Shown: in pieces, positions 1 through 11,364 of the stretch
Numbering within the stretch: the first letter of the stretch is position 1
Layout of the letters: each line of letters starts with the position of its first letter
Assembly: GCF_006345805.1 (NCBI RefSeq)
Contig: NC_043006.1
Location: forward strand, 28,954,001-29,018,000
Direction: 5' to 3'
DNA length: 64,000 nt
Source of the DNA: Octopus sinensis
Lineage: Eukaryota
The notes under the pieces: generated by a model
Told to the model about the DNA's origin: nothing
What the model saw: the letters and a program-made list of their open reading frames with translations, nothing else
Database searches by the model: none
Program-made: the position numbers and the translations under genes

Positions 1-463
1 TTAAGTAAACTGATCTGAAGTCTAGCAATAATAATACCAATACTCTTTTGAGTTGGAAGTCCATGAAATCCTATGTAAAGTTTAGGATGGAAGATGTGCA
101 AGAGAGCTTTCTCAATAAACATACTCATAATAAAACACAACATAAAGATGTATTACACATGATATATATTTTCAGTAAGATGGATTTAACCATTGGAAAT
201 TAAGTCTTTCCGCAGAAACCCAGCGCTAGAGATATGACACTTATTTATTTGACCATCTTGGATTATCTGAGAATCTATAATAGAGGATTTCAAATAATAT
301 TTGTCCATGACTTGGGTATTGAGATCCATTGTTCCTTATCTAAATTTTCTTAGTACCACTTATAATTTAACACACGGACTGTTCTTTCACATTTTTATTT
401 ATATCATCGTCATTGTCATGAACTACAATTATTTCACTTCTAAATTTGAGAGATGAGGAATTA

Positions 464-612
464 TGTACATTATTTACATTTGACAAATATTTGTCCTTAT
501 CTTGTTTGTTGTTAACACGTTTCAGATGAAGGCTGGAGGATATATCAGCTGAAACGTTGTGTTAACAACAAACAAGTTGAGGACAAATATCCGTCAAATG
601 TAAATAATGTAC
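464..612. repeat. Palindromic (foldback) element, Penelope-derived type
   Basis: Arms 464-523 (tgtacattatttacatttgac...gttaacacgtttc) and 551-612 (gaaacgttgtgttaac...gtcaaatgtaaataatgtac) are reverse complements around a 27-nt spacer. Confidence 0.8.
523..558 (+). ncRNA. Minimal hammerhead-ribozyme-like motif with one core substitution
   Basis: CAGATGA-A-GGCTG-gaggatatat-CAGCT-GAAA-CGT-T. The canonical core is CUGANGA / stem II / GAAA / palindromic ACGU; here U4 is replaced by A at the hairpin junction. Confidence 0.55.
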
Positions 613-618
613 TAGAAT

Positions 619-870
619 TACTACTACTACTACTACTACTACTACTTTTCTTCTTCTTCTTCTTCTTCTTCTTCTTCTTCTTCTTCTTCTTCTTCTTCTT
701 CTTCTTCTTCTTCTTCTTCTTCTTCTTCTTCTTCTTCTTCTTCTTCTTCTTCTTCTTCTTCTTCTTCTTCTCTTCTTCTCTTTTCTTCTTCTTCTTCTTC
801 TTCTTCTTCTCTTCTTCTTCTTCTTCTTCTTCTTCTTCTTCTTCTTCTTCTTCTTCTTCTTCTTCTTCTT
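619..870. repeat. Compound microsatellite (TAC)n followed by about 220 bp of (TTC)n
   Basis: Read directly; it explains the poly-R/E ORF 642-899. Confidence 0.98.
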
Positions 871-985
871 GAGCAGCGAGCTAGCAAAATTGTTAGCACA
901 CCAGATAAAATGCTTAGTGGTATTTCATCTATCTTTATGTTCTGAGTTCAAATTGTGTTAAGGTTGACTTTGCCTTTCATCCAAC
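871..985 (+). mobile_element. SINE family A, 5' fragment
   Basis: gcgagctagcaaaattgttagc...gagttcaaatt...gttgactttgcctttcatcc matches the fuller copies at 17584 and 29142. Confidence 0.8.
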
Positions 986-1079
986 ACTGAATTAACCATT
1001 AAGCATGTGCCTCAGGCATCAAAAGAAGGGGACCACCACAGAAATGGTTAATGGTTTACAACACAAAAGAAATCACCTC

Positions 1080-1310
1080 ATCATCATCATTATCACCAAC
1101 ATTTAACATCTATTTTCCCTGTGGACATGGGTTGGATGGCTTGCTTGACAGGAACTGGCAAGACCAGGGGCTGCACCAGGTTCCATACTCACTTTTCACT
1201 TAGTTTCAATGGCTGTATCCCCTTCCTAATACCAACCACTCCACAGAGGGTCCTTAATGCTTTTTAAGTGGCACCATCACCAGTACTTTTTATATGGCAC
1301 CAGCACCATT
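1080..1310 (-). mobile_element. RTE-LINE-type 3' end with (GAT)n tail
   Basis: catcatcat...catgggttggatgg...ggctgcaccagg...aaccactcc is shared with the RTE tails at 43.7, 47.2 and 55.9 kb. Confidence 0.75.
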
Positions 1311-1324
1311 GCTTTTTTACAAAG

Positions 1325-1680
1325 CTGTTTTGGTTCAGTCGTATGAGAAGATTCATATGAAGGGCAATCAAGTTGTAGATCTTTAAAGTTAGAACTCAAA
1401 GTATAATTCCTCTGTAGTTCAGAGGCAGATAAAAATTGCCTTTCCTTGAAAATGGAGTAATTGGGAGTTGAATAGGCTGCTGGTTTGTTTCCTTTATAGG
1501 TCTCATTACAGAAGTCCAACAGATGTTTGTGAGAAAGTGACCTCTTCCAGATGAAAGCTGGATGTTATCTAGTGTGTTGTTTCTTAACTTCTTGATGCAT
1601 TTTTGAACCTCTTCTTTAAAAAAACGGGTCAGTCCAGATCAAGAGGCTATCTGCTACTTTGTGGTTGAAGGAAAACTTTT
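1325..1680 (-). mobile_element. Decayed LINE reverse transcriptase fragment
   Basis: Frameshifted translation gives EVQKCIKKLRNN...DFCNETYKGNKP...FSRKGNFYLPLNYRGIIL*VLTLKIYNL, the start of a non-LTR RT (NYRGI motif). Confidence 0.75.
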
Positions 1681-3342
1681 TATGTAGTTCACTGTTAAAA
1701 AGTTCAAAGGTTGACTATGAAGGAGTAATGCTACAATTGGGAAATCTTGCATGCATTAATTTCAGCCCTTCTTCGTAATAACTGTATTGTTTCTTTTCAG
1801 TCTTCAAAAGAAACAAGTAATGACTTCTCTTTAAAATGGACAAAATTTGACATTGGGGTATTATCAAGTATCTGCACAAAAAGGGTTACTATATAATGGG
1901 ATGATGTTAAAATTTCATCAACTGTGCAAACGTAGGCAACTCAATTTAAGTGCTGCATGGAGAATGTTGAAAATGAGCTTTCCTGTCAAAGGGAGAGATT
2001 ACTGGGGACCGGAACTCTCGTGGGAAAAATTTTACGAGCCAGTACAAGGAAAGAAAGGAGACTTCTGGTATATGAAAAGAGATTTCCGGTGAAAGGGAAG
2101 AGCTTTCCTGTCAAGGGGAGAGATTACTGGAGTCCGGAACTCTAGTGGGATAAAAATTTTGAGAGTATAAGGTATATGAAAAGAAACAATATGTCAAAGG
2201 GAAGAGCTTTCATGTCAAGGGGAGAGATTACTGGGGTCCAGAACTCTTGTGGGCAATAATATTGCAAGGCAGTATAAGGAAAGAAAGGAGACTTCTGGTA
2301 TATGAGAAGAGATATCCAGTCAAAGGGAAGAGCTTTCCTGTCATGGGGAGAGATTACTGGGGTCCGGAACTCTCGTGTGAAAAAAATTTTGCAAGCCAGT
2401 ATAAGGAAAGAAAGGAGACTTCTGGTATCTGGACATCCTGAAACTGCCACCACTGAGGAAAACATTGATCATATTCACCATATGGTGATGGACGACAGGC
2501 AACTGACTATAAATCAAATAACCAATGCTACTAGCATATCAATTGAGAGAGTTGAGAATATTCTGCACAATGAACTAAACATGACAAAAGCTTCAGCTCA
2601 GTTGATGCCATGTCTTCTGGCACATGATCAAAAGTGCATCAGACTGATCATATCACAGCAAAATCTGATATTGTTTGAGGCAGGTTCAGCTAGTTTCCTA
2701 ACCTAGGATGAATGTTGGGCTCATCAATTTCAGCCAGAGACAAAGAGACAACCCATGTTGTGGAAACACCCCTCCTTATTTGCTCCAAAGAAGGCCAAGA
2801 TCATTTCATCTGTAGGGAAGGTGACAACTTCAGTTATTTAGAATGCAAAAGGCATTGTGTTTATTGACTATCTTCAAAAGAGCTACACCATCAGTGAGGA
2901 GTACTATGCCAACTTGCTGAGGCAGATACAAAACGCTATAAAGACCAAATATTCAGGAGAACTGATGAGTGGAATCTTGTTTCATTAGGAAAATGCTCAA
3001 GCAAACAAGTCCTTTGGTTTCAATGGCTGCTGTGCATGACCAGGGCTTTGAACTGGTTGATCACCATCCATATTCTCCTGATTTAACCCCATCTGACTAT
3101 CATCTGTTTCCCAACATGAAAAAAACCCCCAAAAAACACTTGGTTGGGAACCAGTATCAGTGATGATGATGTCATATCTGTTGATGATGGTTTTTTTTTT
3201 ACTAACAGGATGAAAGCTTCTTCACTAATGGAATCCAAACACTGCAACACCAATGGAAGAAATATGTAGACTGCAAGGGGGTCTATGTTGAAAAAAAGAA
3301 TCATTTGGTCACAGCATATGAACTTTTCTGCTGACCCTTGTA
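1681..3342 (+). mobile_element. Mariner transposon, decayed, near full length
   Basis: MDKI.HWGIIKYLHKKG start; SGHPETATTEENIDHIHHMVMDDRQLTINQI; QDECWAHQF.PETKRQ; HHPYSPDLTPSDYHLFPNMKK; right TIR ...gaacttttctgctgacccttgTA. Confidence 0.92.
1975..2428 (+). repeat. Tandem array of four ~125-bp units inserted in the mariner ORF
   Basis: Units start at 1975, 2100, 2204 and 2330 (gagctttcctgtcaa.gggagagattactgggg.ccggaactctc...); unit 2 has an internal deletion and unit 4 is truncated. Confidence 0.95.
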
Positions 3343-3369
3343 TGAATTCTGTTGTCCAATTTAACACAT

Positions 3370-3760
3370 TCAAAAATATGCACATGAGCTTTTGATAGTA
3401 TTAATCCATTTCTCATTAGTTAGAATGTAGTCCAGTTAAGCAACACTGCCATAGGGATGATGATATATCCAGAATCTAGTTACATAGTTTTGACACCTTG
3501 TATTAACAGCAACAATGTTGTGTTTCTATGGTTAGATGTTGATTATCCTTTGCAAACAGGAGAACTGAATGATTAACAAGGCGCTCATAAGTTTGAAGGA
3601 CAAAATTGAAGCTCTTATTTGGGCCAGGAGCATGCAATCAGGTATATCTCTTTAGTGTATTCTTCATCAGGAAACTCTACAGATGCTCAAAGTCAACAAG
3701 AGTTGACATCAATTCAGTGGCTTTAATCCAATTTGTAAAAGCTTTTAAAGAGAATTATAA
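3370..3760 (-). mobile_element. Decayed LINE APE-endonuclease fragment, upstream part of the 1325-1680 LINE
   Basis: Minus strand reads FWIYHHPYGSVA*LDYILTNEKWINTIKSSCAY, matching the endonuclease QLDYIL..KW motif. Confidence 0.7.
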
Positions 3761-4669
3761 ATAAAAAAAATAGCTCTCTAAATTTTTGTAAACTGATTAC
3801 CCATTTCATTTTTGTGGGAGAGGGATGGAATAATATTGACTTGAAAGATATAAGAACTGAGGATCATATATTACAACAATATTTACAAAGAAAGAAAAAA
3901 TGAGGCATTTCAAATATTCATCATTAGTTTAGCACTATTAAATACATGACTTAACATATGCAGCAGAGATTGAATAGTTTCATGACAATCCATTTAAAAT
4001 CCTTTGGTTCAATCTCTTGACAAAATCTATCCAATGTGAGTTTAATTACTTTTGGAATATAAGCAATAACTTGCAGAAAGACCTCTTGATTTGTCCAAAA
4101 ATTATTTTTGTCCAATTTGCTATCTACAGCTATTGCATGACTAAATATTTTCCCTTCTAATTAAGTCAGAGCTCGTTTATTCCATTTTTGGTTTGAAATG
4201 CTAAAATTCACTCTCCCTATACTTATCTAATTAAACATACACTATTATAGACTAGTGTTCAATACTTCTGTGATTACTTAAGATCTTAACAAACTAATAT
4301 GAACTTCAAAAATAGAGCCTGTGGTAGAAAAAAAAAAAAAAGGAAACGATGGTAATGTCACAGTTGGAATGCATTTAATCAAAAGATCTGTTTGTTCAGG
4401 ATGACCTTCAGGTTAAATAACATCAGCATATATATAATATATCAACCCCAGTAAAAAGAGGTACAATTGAAGTAGATTTGAAACCATAATCCTCTTTGCT
4501 ATTTGGACCAGTTGTCACAAGACTTAGAAACTGGACTATCTAATCATGGCACTGAATACAATTGTCACATTTGAGGAAATATTTCATCGGTTTATTTACA
4601 GTTTCAGTGAACTATGTTTAAAATTTTTATGGAAGGGAAAAAAGAGGGTCTGCTTTTCATAAACGTATA

Positions 4670-4835
4670 CACGCGTACATGCATGCATGTATGCATGAAT
4701 GCATGCATGTATGTATGTATGTATGTATGTATGTATGTATGTATGTATGTATGTATGTATGTATGTATGTATGTATGTATGTATGTATGTATGTACGTAT
4801 GTGTGAGTGTGTGTGAGTGTGCGTGTGTGCGTGAG
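4670..4835. repeat. (TATG)n / (TG)n microsatellite
   Basis: Read directly. Confidence 0.97.
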
Positions 4836-5604
4836 TACTTAGGCTTAGGTATAGATATGCTGCTACATTGATATATATATATATATAACTAAATTTGTAA
4901 TAATATAAATTCAAACATTTATTCATATAAATATTTATGTGCGTGTGTGTACATACACACGTACAAAATGATTTTTTACAGGTGCGAGTGAACACACTCA
5001 CAGACACATACAAATAAGTTGATAGACGCATACATCGCCCCTGCTACATAACTGGAGCTAGTCACCAATACACACGCATTCACTCAGGTAGGTAGACAGA
5101 TTTAGCACCTAACAATCACTCAATGGTCCGACTTGAAAGGAGACAGTGGTGGTGGTAGCAGCAGCAACAGCAGCAGCCAGACAACTGCTGTGTCACTCAT
5201 ACTCACACATATAAATATATAGACACAGTCAAACACACACATTCATCTATATAAACACTTACATGCATACAGAAACACACACATATATATAGAATCATTC
5301 ACCGCCATTTCCACATTGTCACACAATCTAGGTGATGTACCACATAGGCTGCCGTGAGTTTCATTTATTTTTTCATTAATTAATATTATAATTACTGTTA
5401 TTTACCTTTCTCTTGTTTATATGGGATTAATGTATTTCTATCTCCATTACGCTGTAACTCCTTCGTCCGAGTTGGGACGAAAATCTAGAAAAACAAAAAT
5501 TAAACTTAAAACCAGAATTAAACGGCGCGGGTTTCCTACTTTGAAATTGTTTTGAAGAACTCCATTCAATTCGCCTTCGTCTTTTCATCAACATAATCAC
5601 TCAC

Positions 5605-5650
5605 CTTGTTGAATTTTCGCCAACAATCATTTCCCAGTCGTATAGTTATT
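5605..5650 (-). other. Candidate first exon of a leftward transcript
   Basis: Consensus donor CAAG|GTGAGT at 5605/5604; optional ATG at 5630 gives MIVGENST; no upstream acceptor; lies in the CpG domain. Confidence 0.35.
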
Positions 5651-6147
5651 TGTATTGTAATAATATAGTGATTTATGTTTAATAATAATCCTTTCTAATA
5701 AAGGCTCTAGATCTGAAATTTAGAGGGAAGGGATAGACTATTACATCGACCTTAGTACGCAACTGGTACTTATTTTATCGATCCTCAAAGTTGACTTTAA
5801 AAATATATATTGATGACTAACCCATTTCTGTAAACTATACTGTCGTTTAATTTTAATATTAACCTCGCACAAACTTAAACTTTATCACAAATGTTAGTAA
5901 CATCGATGCAAATTTTTACAATGTGTAACGATTACGCTATAGATAAGGTGTTTTATTTTAGAAAGGTTGTCCTTTTAGTGTAGGCTGTGTGACAGGGACC
6001 AGCGACTTGGTGAAACTTGAGCAGCGAGGCACCGAACTAGATATTCTTTTATTTCTAGCGATCCACGGCTGTTTTGTTAACAAAGTCCTCTTAATTTCGT
6101 TACTTTTTGGATAACTAATTGGCGGTCTTCCGTTTCATGTACCTGCA

Positions 6148-6190
6148 ATGAAGGACAACAAAGTGAAAGGAGAACAAATGCCAGTACACA
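6148..6190 (+). CDS. Candidate first coding exon (MKDNKVKGEQMPVH, phase 1), product unknown
   Basis: ATG at 6148, 14 codons plus 1 nt, then ACA|GTAAGC donor; lies in the CpG domain. No homology recognised and no downstream exon confirmed. Confidence 0.3.
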
Positions 6191-9185
6191 GTAAGCTATA
6201 TACTTTATTTGGTAAATTCTTACAATATATTCCATATATTAAATACTATAGAAGGAACTTCGAAAGTAAATATTGCCTCTGTCTTTTCAACTTCTAAGAA
6301 TTTACCTGGCCCCGTAGAGAAGGGGGAATCACTGAATCAATATTCATCGCTTCAATTGTTAATGTATTTAGGAGGGAGAGAGAGAGAGAGAGAGAAACAG
6401 CTGGATATCCCAAACTTGCATCATAAATCTGAGCTAATTCCTGCATAAAATTCATTACTGTGTTATCATCAGGTTGTTGTCATTTATGAAGTTCATCTAT
6501 AATCAAAGACATTCCAATTGTGACCAACATGTCGATTTTGGGGGAGGATGAAGTAGGGCATAGTAACAGGACATCATGATAGAATGTAAAAGAAAAACAA
6601 TAGAATCAGAAGAAAATAGTGTGTCAGGAATAGTAAATTCACAAGGTTCAAGAAGAATGAAGTATTTTGCTATGCAGAAGAAAAGTTTAACATTTTTTGC
6701 CAGAACTTTTCAGACATGAACAGTTTATTCAATATATCTCCACTTTTTCAAGGTAGCAGGGTTTGATTTGAGAGAGATTTCGTTGCTTTTTCTTGCAGGT
6801 TGAGCGCCCACGTAGAAGCATCCCCAATGGTTTTGATTACACAAGGATATATTAATAATTTGCTCAGTATTTCATTATGAAGGACTGGTTATTTTATCTT
6901 TCATACTTCTTGGATCGTGAAGGAGATTTGACAGCAATTTCTAGCAGGTCAAACAGTTGTGTTGACTCTATAATGTTATTATGATTGTTCGTTGACATCT
7001 TTACCTTTTCAACTTCCCGAGGGTGATGAAATAAAGTACCAGTTAAGTACTGGGGTCAATGTAACCGATTGATCCCTTCTTATAATTACGAGACCTTGTG
7101 TCGATGTAAGAAATCGTCATTATTATTTTGCTAGGATAGTAGACAAAGTGGATAGATTAGCTAATTATCACTCTACAAGAAGAGTTCAAGAAGTACTGTT
7201 GGGGTTGACTTTACATTTTATTCAGCGTATGTCGTTAAAATATTTACCACTCAACTGGGTTCAGCTATTTCACGCCTGTCCTCTACAAATTGTTGGCCTT
7301 CTCATTTAATCAGTTTTTTTTAAAAAGTAATTTATAAAATGTTTGCTTTTCTTTTTTCAACTTTAATTGTAGAAATGATTTTGCTTTTTTTGTTTACTTG
7401 TATCTTTTCTAAAGTAGTTACTTTAGAATCTTATCTCTGAACACGTATGTGTACTGTAAATCACTTCAAACCTCCACCATTCTACCGATGATAATAAACT
7501 CTACTTGATTGTTCCACTAATTGATGCTTGTTGAAGATATATTTGCACTTGTAATTACGAGGTTTTATCACGTTGTATTAATAACAATTTCACTTTCATG
7601 AGTATACAGTATTTTGTTATTGAGGGTTTTTTTTTAGATGTGAGCCCGCTTTGTACAATACTTTTTAATTCTATTTAAATATTGTTTTATGGACACCTCT
7701 GTATGTATGCGTACGCATACATTGGTATATTTACACATACACGCACAGGTATGTTTATGACCACACGTTAATATGCAAAAGTAAACCGACCCAGTAATAT
7801 CTCGTATTGTTCCGCGCTTCTACCTTTCCAATTGAAGAACCCCTTCTCAGGTGTTTCTCAGACGTACACGTAACATTATTAAGTAGTAGGGGTAAAAATT
7901 GAAGTACTGTCTCTAATAATGTATTGTTTATTTGTGTATCTAGCAGTCTCTCTTCTAGTAAACTAATCAAATATTCCATGCGAAACGCCAGTTCTTAAAA
8001 TGGATTGCTGATTGATCTGTTTTTTGTTTACTTTCTAATTATAAGCCAGGCAACACTCACCCACAAATTGTAAGATCGCTATAACTAGCAGCTACTCTGC
8101 TTAGCTGAATAACTAGTACTGCTTTATCTCGGTTTAAATTAGCTTGCATGTCCAGAAAGATTTAATAAATGACTTTAATACAGGACAGATCATTAAACCA
8201 CTTTTGTGCTAAGTTTTGGAATGTCACTATTATGAAAACATTCAAAGCTCTGTGGAAATAATAATAAAAAGAGAAATTGTTATTTATTACCTTTTTTTTA
8301 TATAAACATATTCGGTTTCGAAATTAATGACAAATTTTACCACACACACACAAAAGAAAAAAAGTGCTTATTTGATGTTCATGCCTTTCCACCAAGACAG
8401 TGAGTGAAACAGTCAACTAGTTTGCAGAGTTGGCTGAAGGACAATTTACATTAATTTGGTGCTATATACCAAAATTGTGTTTTTCTTAAGCCAGTCAAAT
8501 ACCTGTCTTTGTCAGATACAGCTTGTCAAGACAATTGGTTGAAACCTGGCAACTATTTAGAGATGAAAACAACTCTTATGGAATTTGTAAAGCAACTAAT
8601 TGCAGCATTCCTCTATTTAAGTCAGCTCTATTGACTATAAACTGTAGAATCTGATAGAAATACATTTGATATAGTTCAATTATTTCCCATATACGAGTAA
8701 TCATCAATAGAATTAAAAATGACTTGGGATCTCATAGAACAATTGGTATATCTATGGAGTGTATGTGTGGAAATACTGACTGGGTAACATCCTCCTGAGC
8801 TAAGTCTGAGACACTAGGTCAAAGTCAGTTTGGGACACTTACTTGACCCCTCATGAATATGATTTCCAGTTGGCCATAATCTAGACCTGGGCTGGTTCTG
8901 CCATGCTGATTTGCCTTTGTAGTGCTACCTATTGTGTAGTATATACACATATACACCACATCAAATGTATTTCAATCTGATTCTTGTTTTGCTGGCTCAA
9001 AAAAAAAAAAAAAAGTCACTTTTGGTTGACAGCACCAAACTGATGTAAGCTGTCCTGTCAACTCTGCAAATTAGCTGTTTCACTTTCATTTTAAACCAGT
9101 CTTTCTGGAAAGGCATGAACACCTAAGTTGTTTTTTTTTCTTTTTTCCAAACTTATAGCAAGAAGTATTTAAAAATATTTAACTG

Positions 9186-9495
9186 CACAGGCATGGCTGA
9201 GTGGTAAGAAACTTGCTTCCCAACCACATGGTTCCAGGTTCAGTCTCATTGTGTGGCACCTTGGGCAAGTGTCTTCTCTGGCCATACAAAGCCTTGTGAG
9301 TGGATTTAGTAAATGTGTGTGTGTCTGTCTTTTCCCCCACCATTGCTTGACAACCGATGCTGGTGTGTTTATGTCCCTGTAATTTTTAGTTGTTTGGCAA
9401 AAGAACTGATAGAAGAAGTATTAGGCTTACTAACAATAAGTCCTTGAGGTGGTGCTCCAGCTGGGTCGCTGTCAAATAACTGAAACAAGTAAAAC
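9186..9495 (+). mobile_element. SINE family B (tRNA-derived)
   Basis: ggctgagtggtaag (A box), ggttccaggttcagtc (B box), ggcaccttgggcaagtgtc core and actgaaacaagtaaaa tail. Confidence 0.88.
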
Positions 9496-9959
9496 ATGAA
9501 AAGAATATGAGACTTCTTCACCTGAGTATTTGTCATCTTATTAAATGATTACTGGAAAAGAGAAGAAATACCAAACAACAAATCTGTCATGCCTGAATGA
9601 TTTTGTGGCCTCCATGCTATGTGCTGCAGTCACGACCCTGCCTGTGAACTAGGAGGGAAGGAAGCATTGGTTTGCTTTTGGTGTGGACAGAAAGCAGGTG
9701 ATATTGTTTTGTTCAGCATTGACAATTGTAGGGTAATTCCTTTCAAGAAGAATTACACACACACTGACAAATATTTCATTTTTATTTTGTTTATTGCTTG
9801 GCAACTGCTGAGAATTTAGGGTGTTGTCAAGAAAAATATATTGAAGATAAGCTACAAAATTTAAAACTGATTGTGGCTTGAACTCAATAAAATAGGTGAG
9901 AAAAGCACGGTTGCTTTCTGCTTAAACTACCTATTTAGAATAAAAAAATTAAATGTTGG

Positions 9960-9981
9960 AACGTGTGTATATACGTACATG

Positions 9982-10042
<61 letters not shown>

Positions 10043-10290
10043 GTGTGTGTATGCATGCGTGTTTTTGTGTATGTGCATATATACATGTGTATTTACGTGT
10101 GACGTGTTTGTGTGTGTATACATGTTTGTGTGTATATATATATATGTGTGTATGCATGTGTACGTGTGGGTGTATGTATGCGGGGGGTATGTAGTCGCAT
10201 GTATATGTATACGGGTGTGTGTGCATACAGGTGCATGTGTGAGCGTGCGTGCGTGTGCATGTCTGTGTATGTGAATGCATCCGTGTGTAT
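9960..10290. repeat. Complex TA/TG microsatellite block
   Basis: Read directly; source of many spurious YI/CV ORFs. Confidence 0.95.
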
Positions 10291-10789
10291 GTTTGTGCTT
10301 GTGGGGTTTTAGTTTTACAGTGTTACGCTTTCAACGAGTGTTTTTACTGTTTATTTTGTTTTTCCAAATTTTTGTAACCCAGTATCATTGGCCAAAAAAC
10401 ACCACATTCGCACTGTCTCTTTTTTTCTCCCTATTTCATTCCTTCACACGTGTGCACGTCATTCTTTCACTTTCTTACTCTCCCCCTCTATCTAACATAC
10501 TCTTTTACTCATTTTACTTTTTTATCTCTTTCCTCTAACTTCTAGCCCTTCTTCTGTCTTTACTCATCTTTTACTCACACACACACACACACACACATTC
10601 TCTTTCTCTCTTTCAAGTATTGTTTTACTATCTTTCCATGAAGAGAGTGAGGTGTGGGTTCTAGAGCAGGAGGGTATGTGTGTATGTGAGAGAAAGAGAC
10701 AAAGAAAGAGATGGTTGCCGTGAAAAGAGGCATGAGACACGAGACATACTTGATGGCAGTAACGGCAGTGTAGTGTGAGTTAACTAGTT

Positions 10790-11190
10790 ACTCTCTCTCT
10801 TTTACTTGTTTGTCATTTGACTGCGGCCATGCTGGAGTACCGCCTTTAGTCGAGCAAATCGACCCCGGGTCTTATTCTTTGTAAGCCCAGTACTTATTCT
10901 ATCGGTCTCTTTTGCCGAACCGCTAAGTGACGGGGACGTAAACACACCAGCATCGGTTGTCAAGCAATGCTAGGGAGACAGACACACAAACACACATACA
11001 TACATATATATATATATACATATATACAACAAGCTTCTTTCAGTTTCCGTCTACCAAATCCACTCACAAGGCATTGGTCGGCCCGGGGCTATAGCAGAAG
11101 CCACTTGCCCAATATGCCACGCAGTGGGACTGAACCCGGAACCATGTGCTTGGTTAGCAAGCTACTTACCACACAGCTACTCCTGCGCCT
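10790..11190 (-). mobile_element. SINE family B, full length
   Basis: Reverse complement of aggcgcaggagtagctgtgtggtaag...gactgaaacaagtaaaagagag, with internal (TA)n(CA)n. Confidence 0.93.
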
Positions 11191-11199
11191 TACAGCCAC

Positions 11200-11364
11200 G
11201 AAAAAGGACATCCTTTTTTATAAAGCAACTAAGGATACTTTTATATTCATTGGATACGAGTGTATGCAACAGACACAGTCGAAATATGTCCTTTTTCCAA
11301 AAAAAAAAAAAAAAATGCAACAGATACAGTCGAAATATGTCCTTTTTCCAAAAAAAAAAAAAAA
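11200..11364 (-). mobile_element. Short hAT transposase fragment with fold-back ends and a tandem duplication
   Basis: 11208-11284 matches 17406-17482 at 75/77 nt; 12-bp inverted repeat gaaaaaggacat/atgtcctttttc; 3' part duplicated between A-tracts. Confidence 0.85.

Larger units (their letters stand above)
5030..8320. promoter_or_regulatory. CpG-retaining domain, probable (bidirectional) promoter region
   Basis: CpG is frequent in non-repeat DNA here (aacggcgcggg, ttcgccttcg, agcgatccacgg, ttccgcgc) and rare in flanking unique DNA. Judged by eye, not computed. Confidence 0.55.

Noticed and set aside
60-160. Minus-strand MFIEKALLHIFHPKLY, resembling a GIY-YIG C-terminus
   Set aside because: Too short, with no upstream YIG motif; cannot be supported.
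642-899. Poly-R/E ORF, and the many YI/HT/CV-rich ORFs at 4.6-5.0, 9.9-10.3, 21.7, 42.8, 47.6-48.2, 50.0-50.7 and 59.1 kb
   Set aside because: They are translations of microsatellites.
1277-1519. 80-aa ORF that looks like a host exon
   Set aside because: It is a frameshifted part of a LINE RT running into an RTE tail.
1975-2428. CRISPR-like array
   Set aside because: Whole units are repeated with no unique spacers, there are no cas genes, and the context is eukaryotic.
9186-9260. tRNA genes at SINE heads (also 11190, 17584, 29142, 59330)
   Set aside because: A/B boxes run into SINE cores and tails; no complete cloverleaf.
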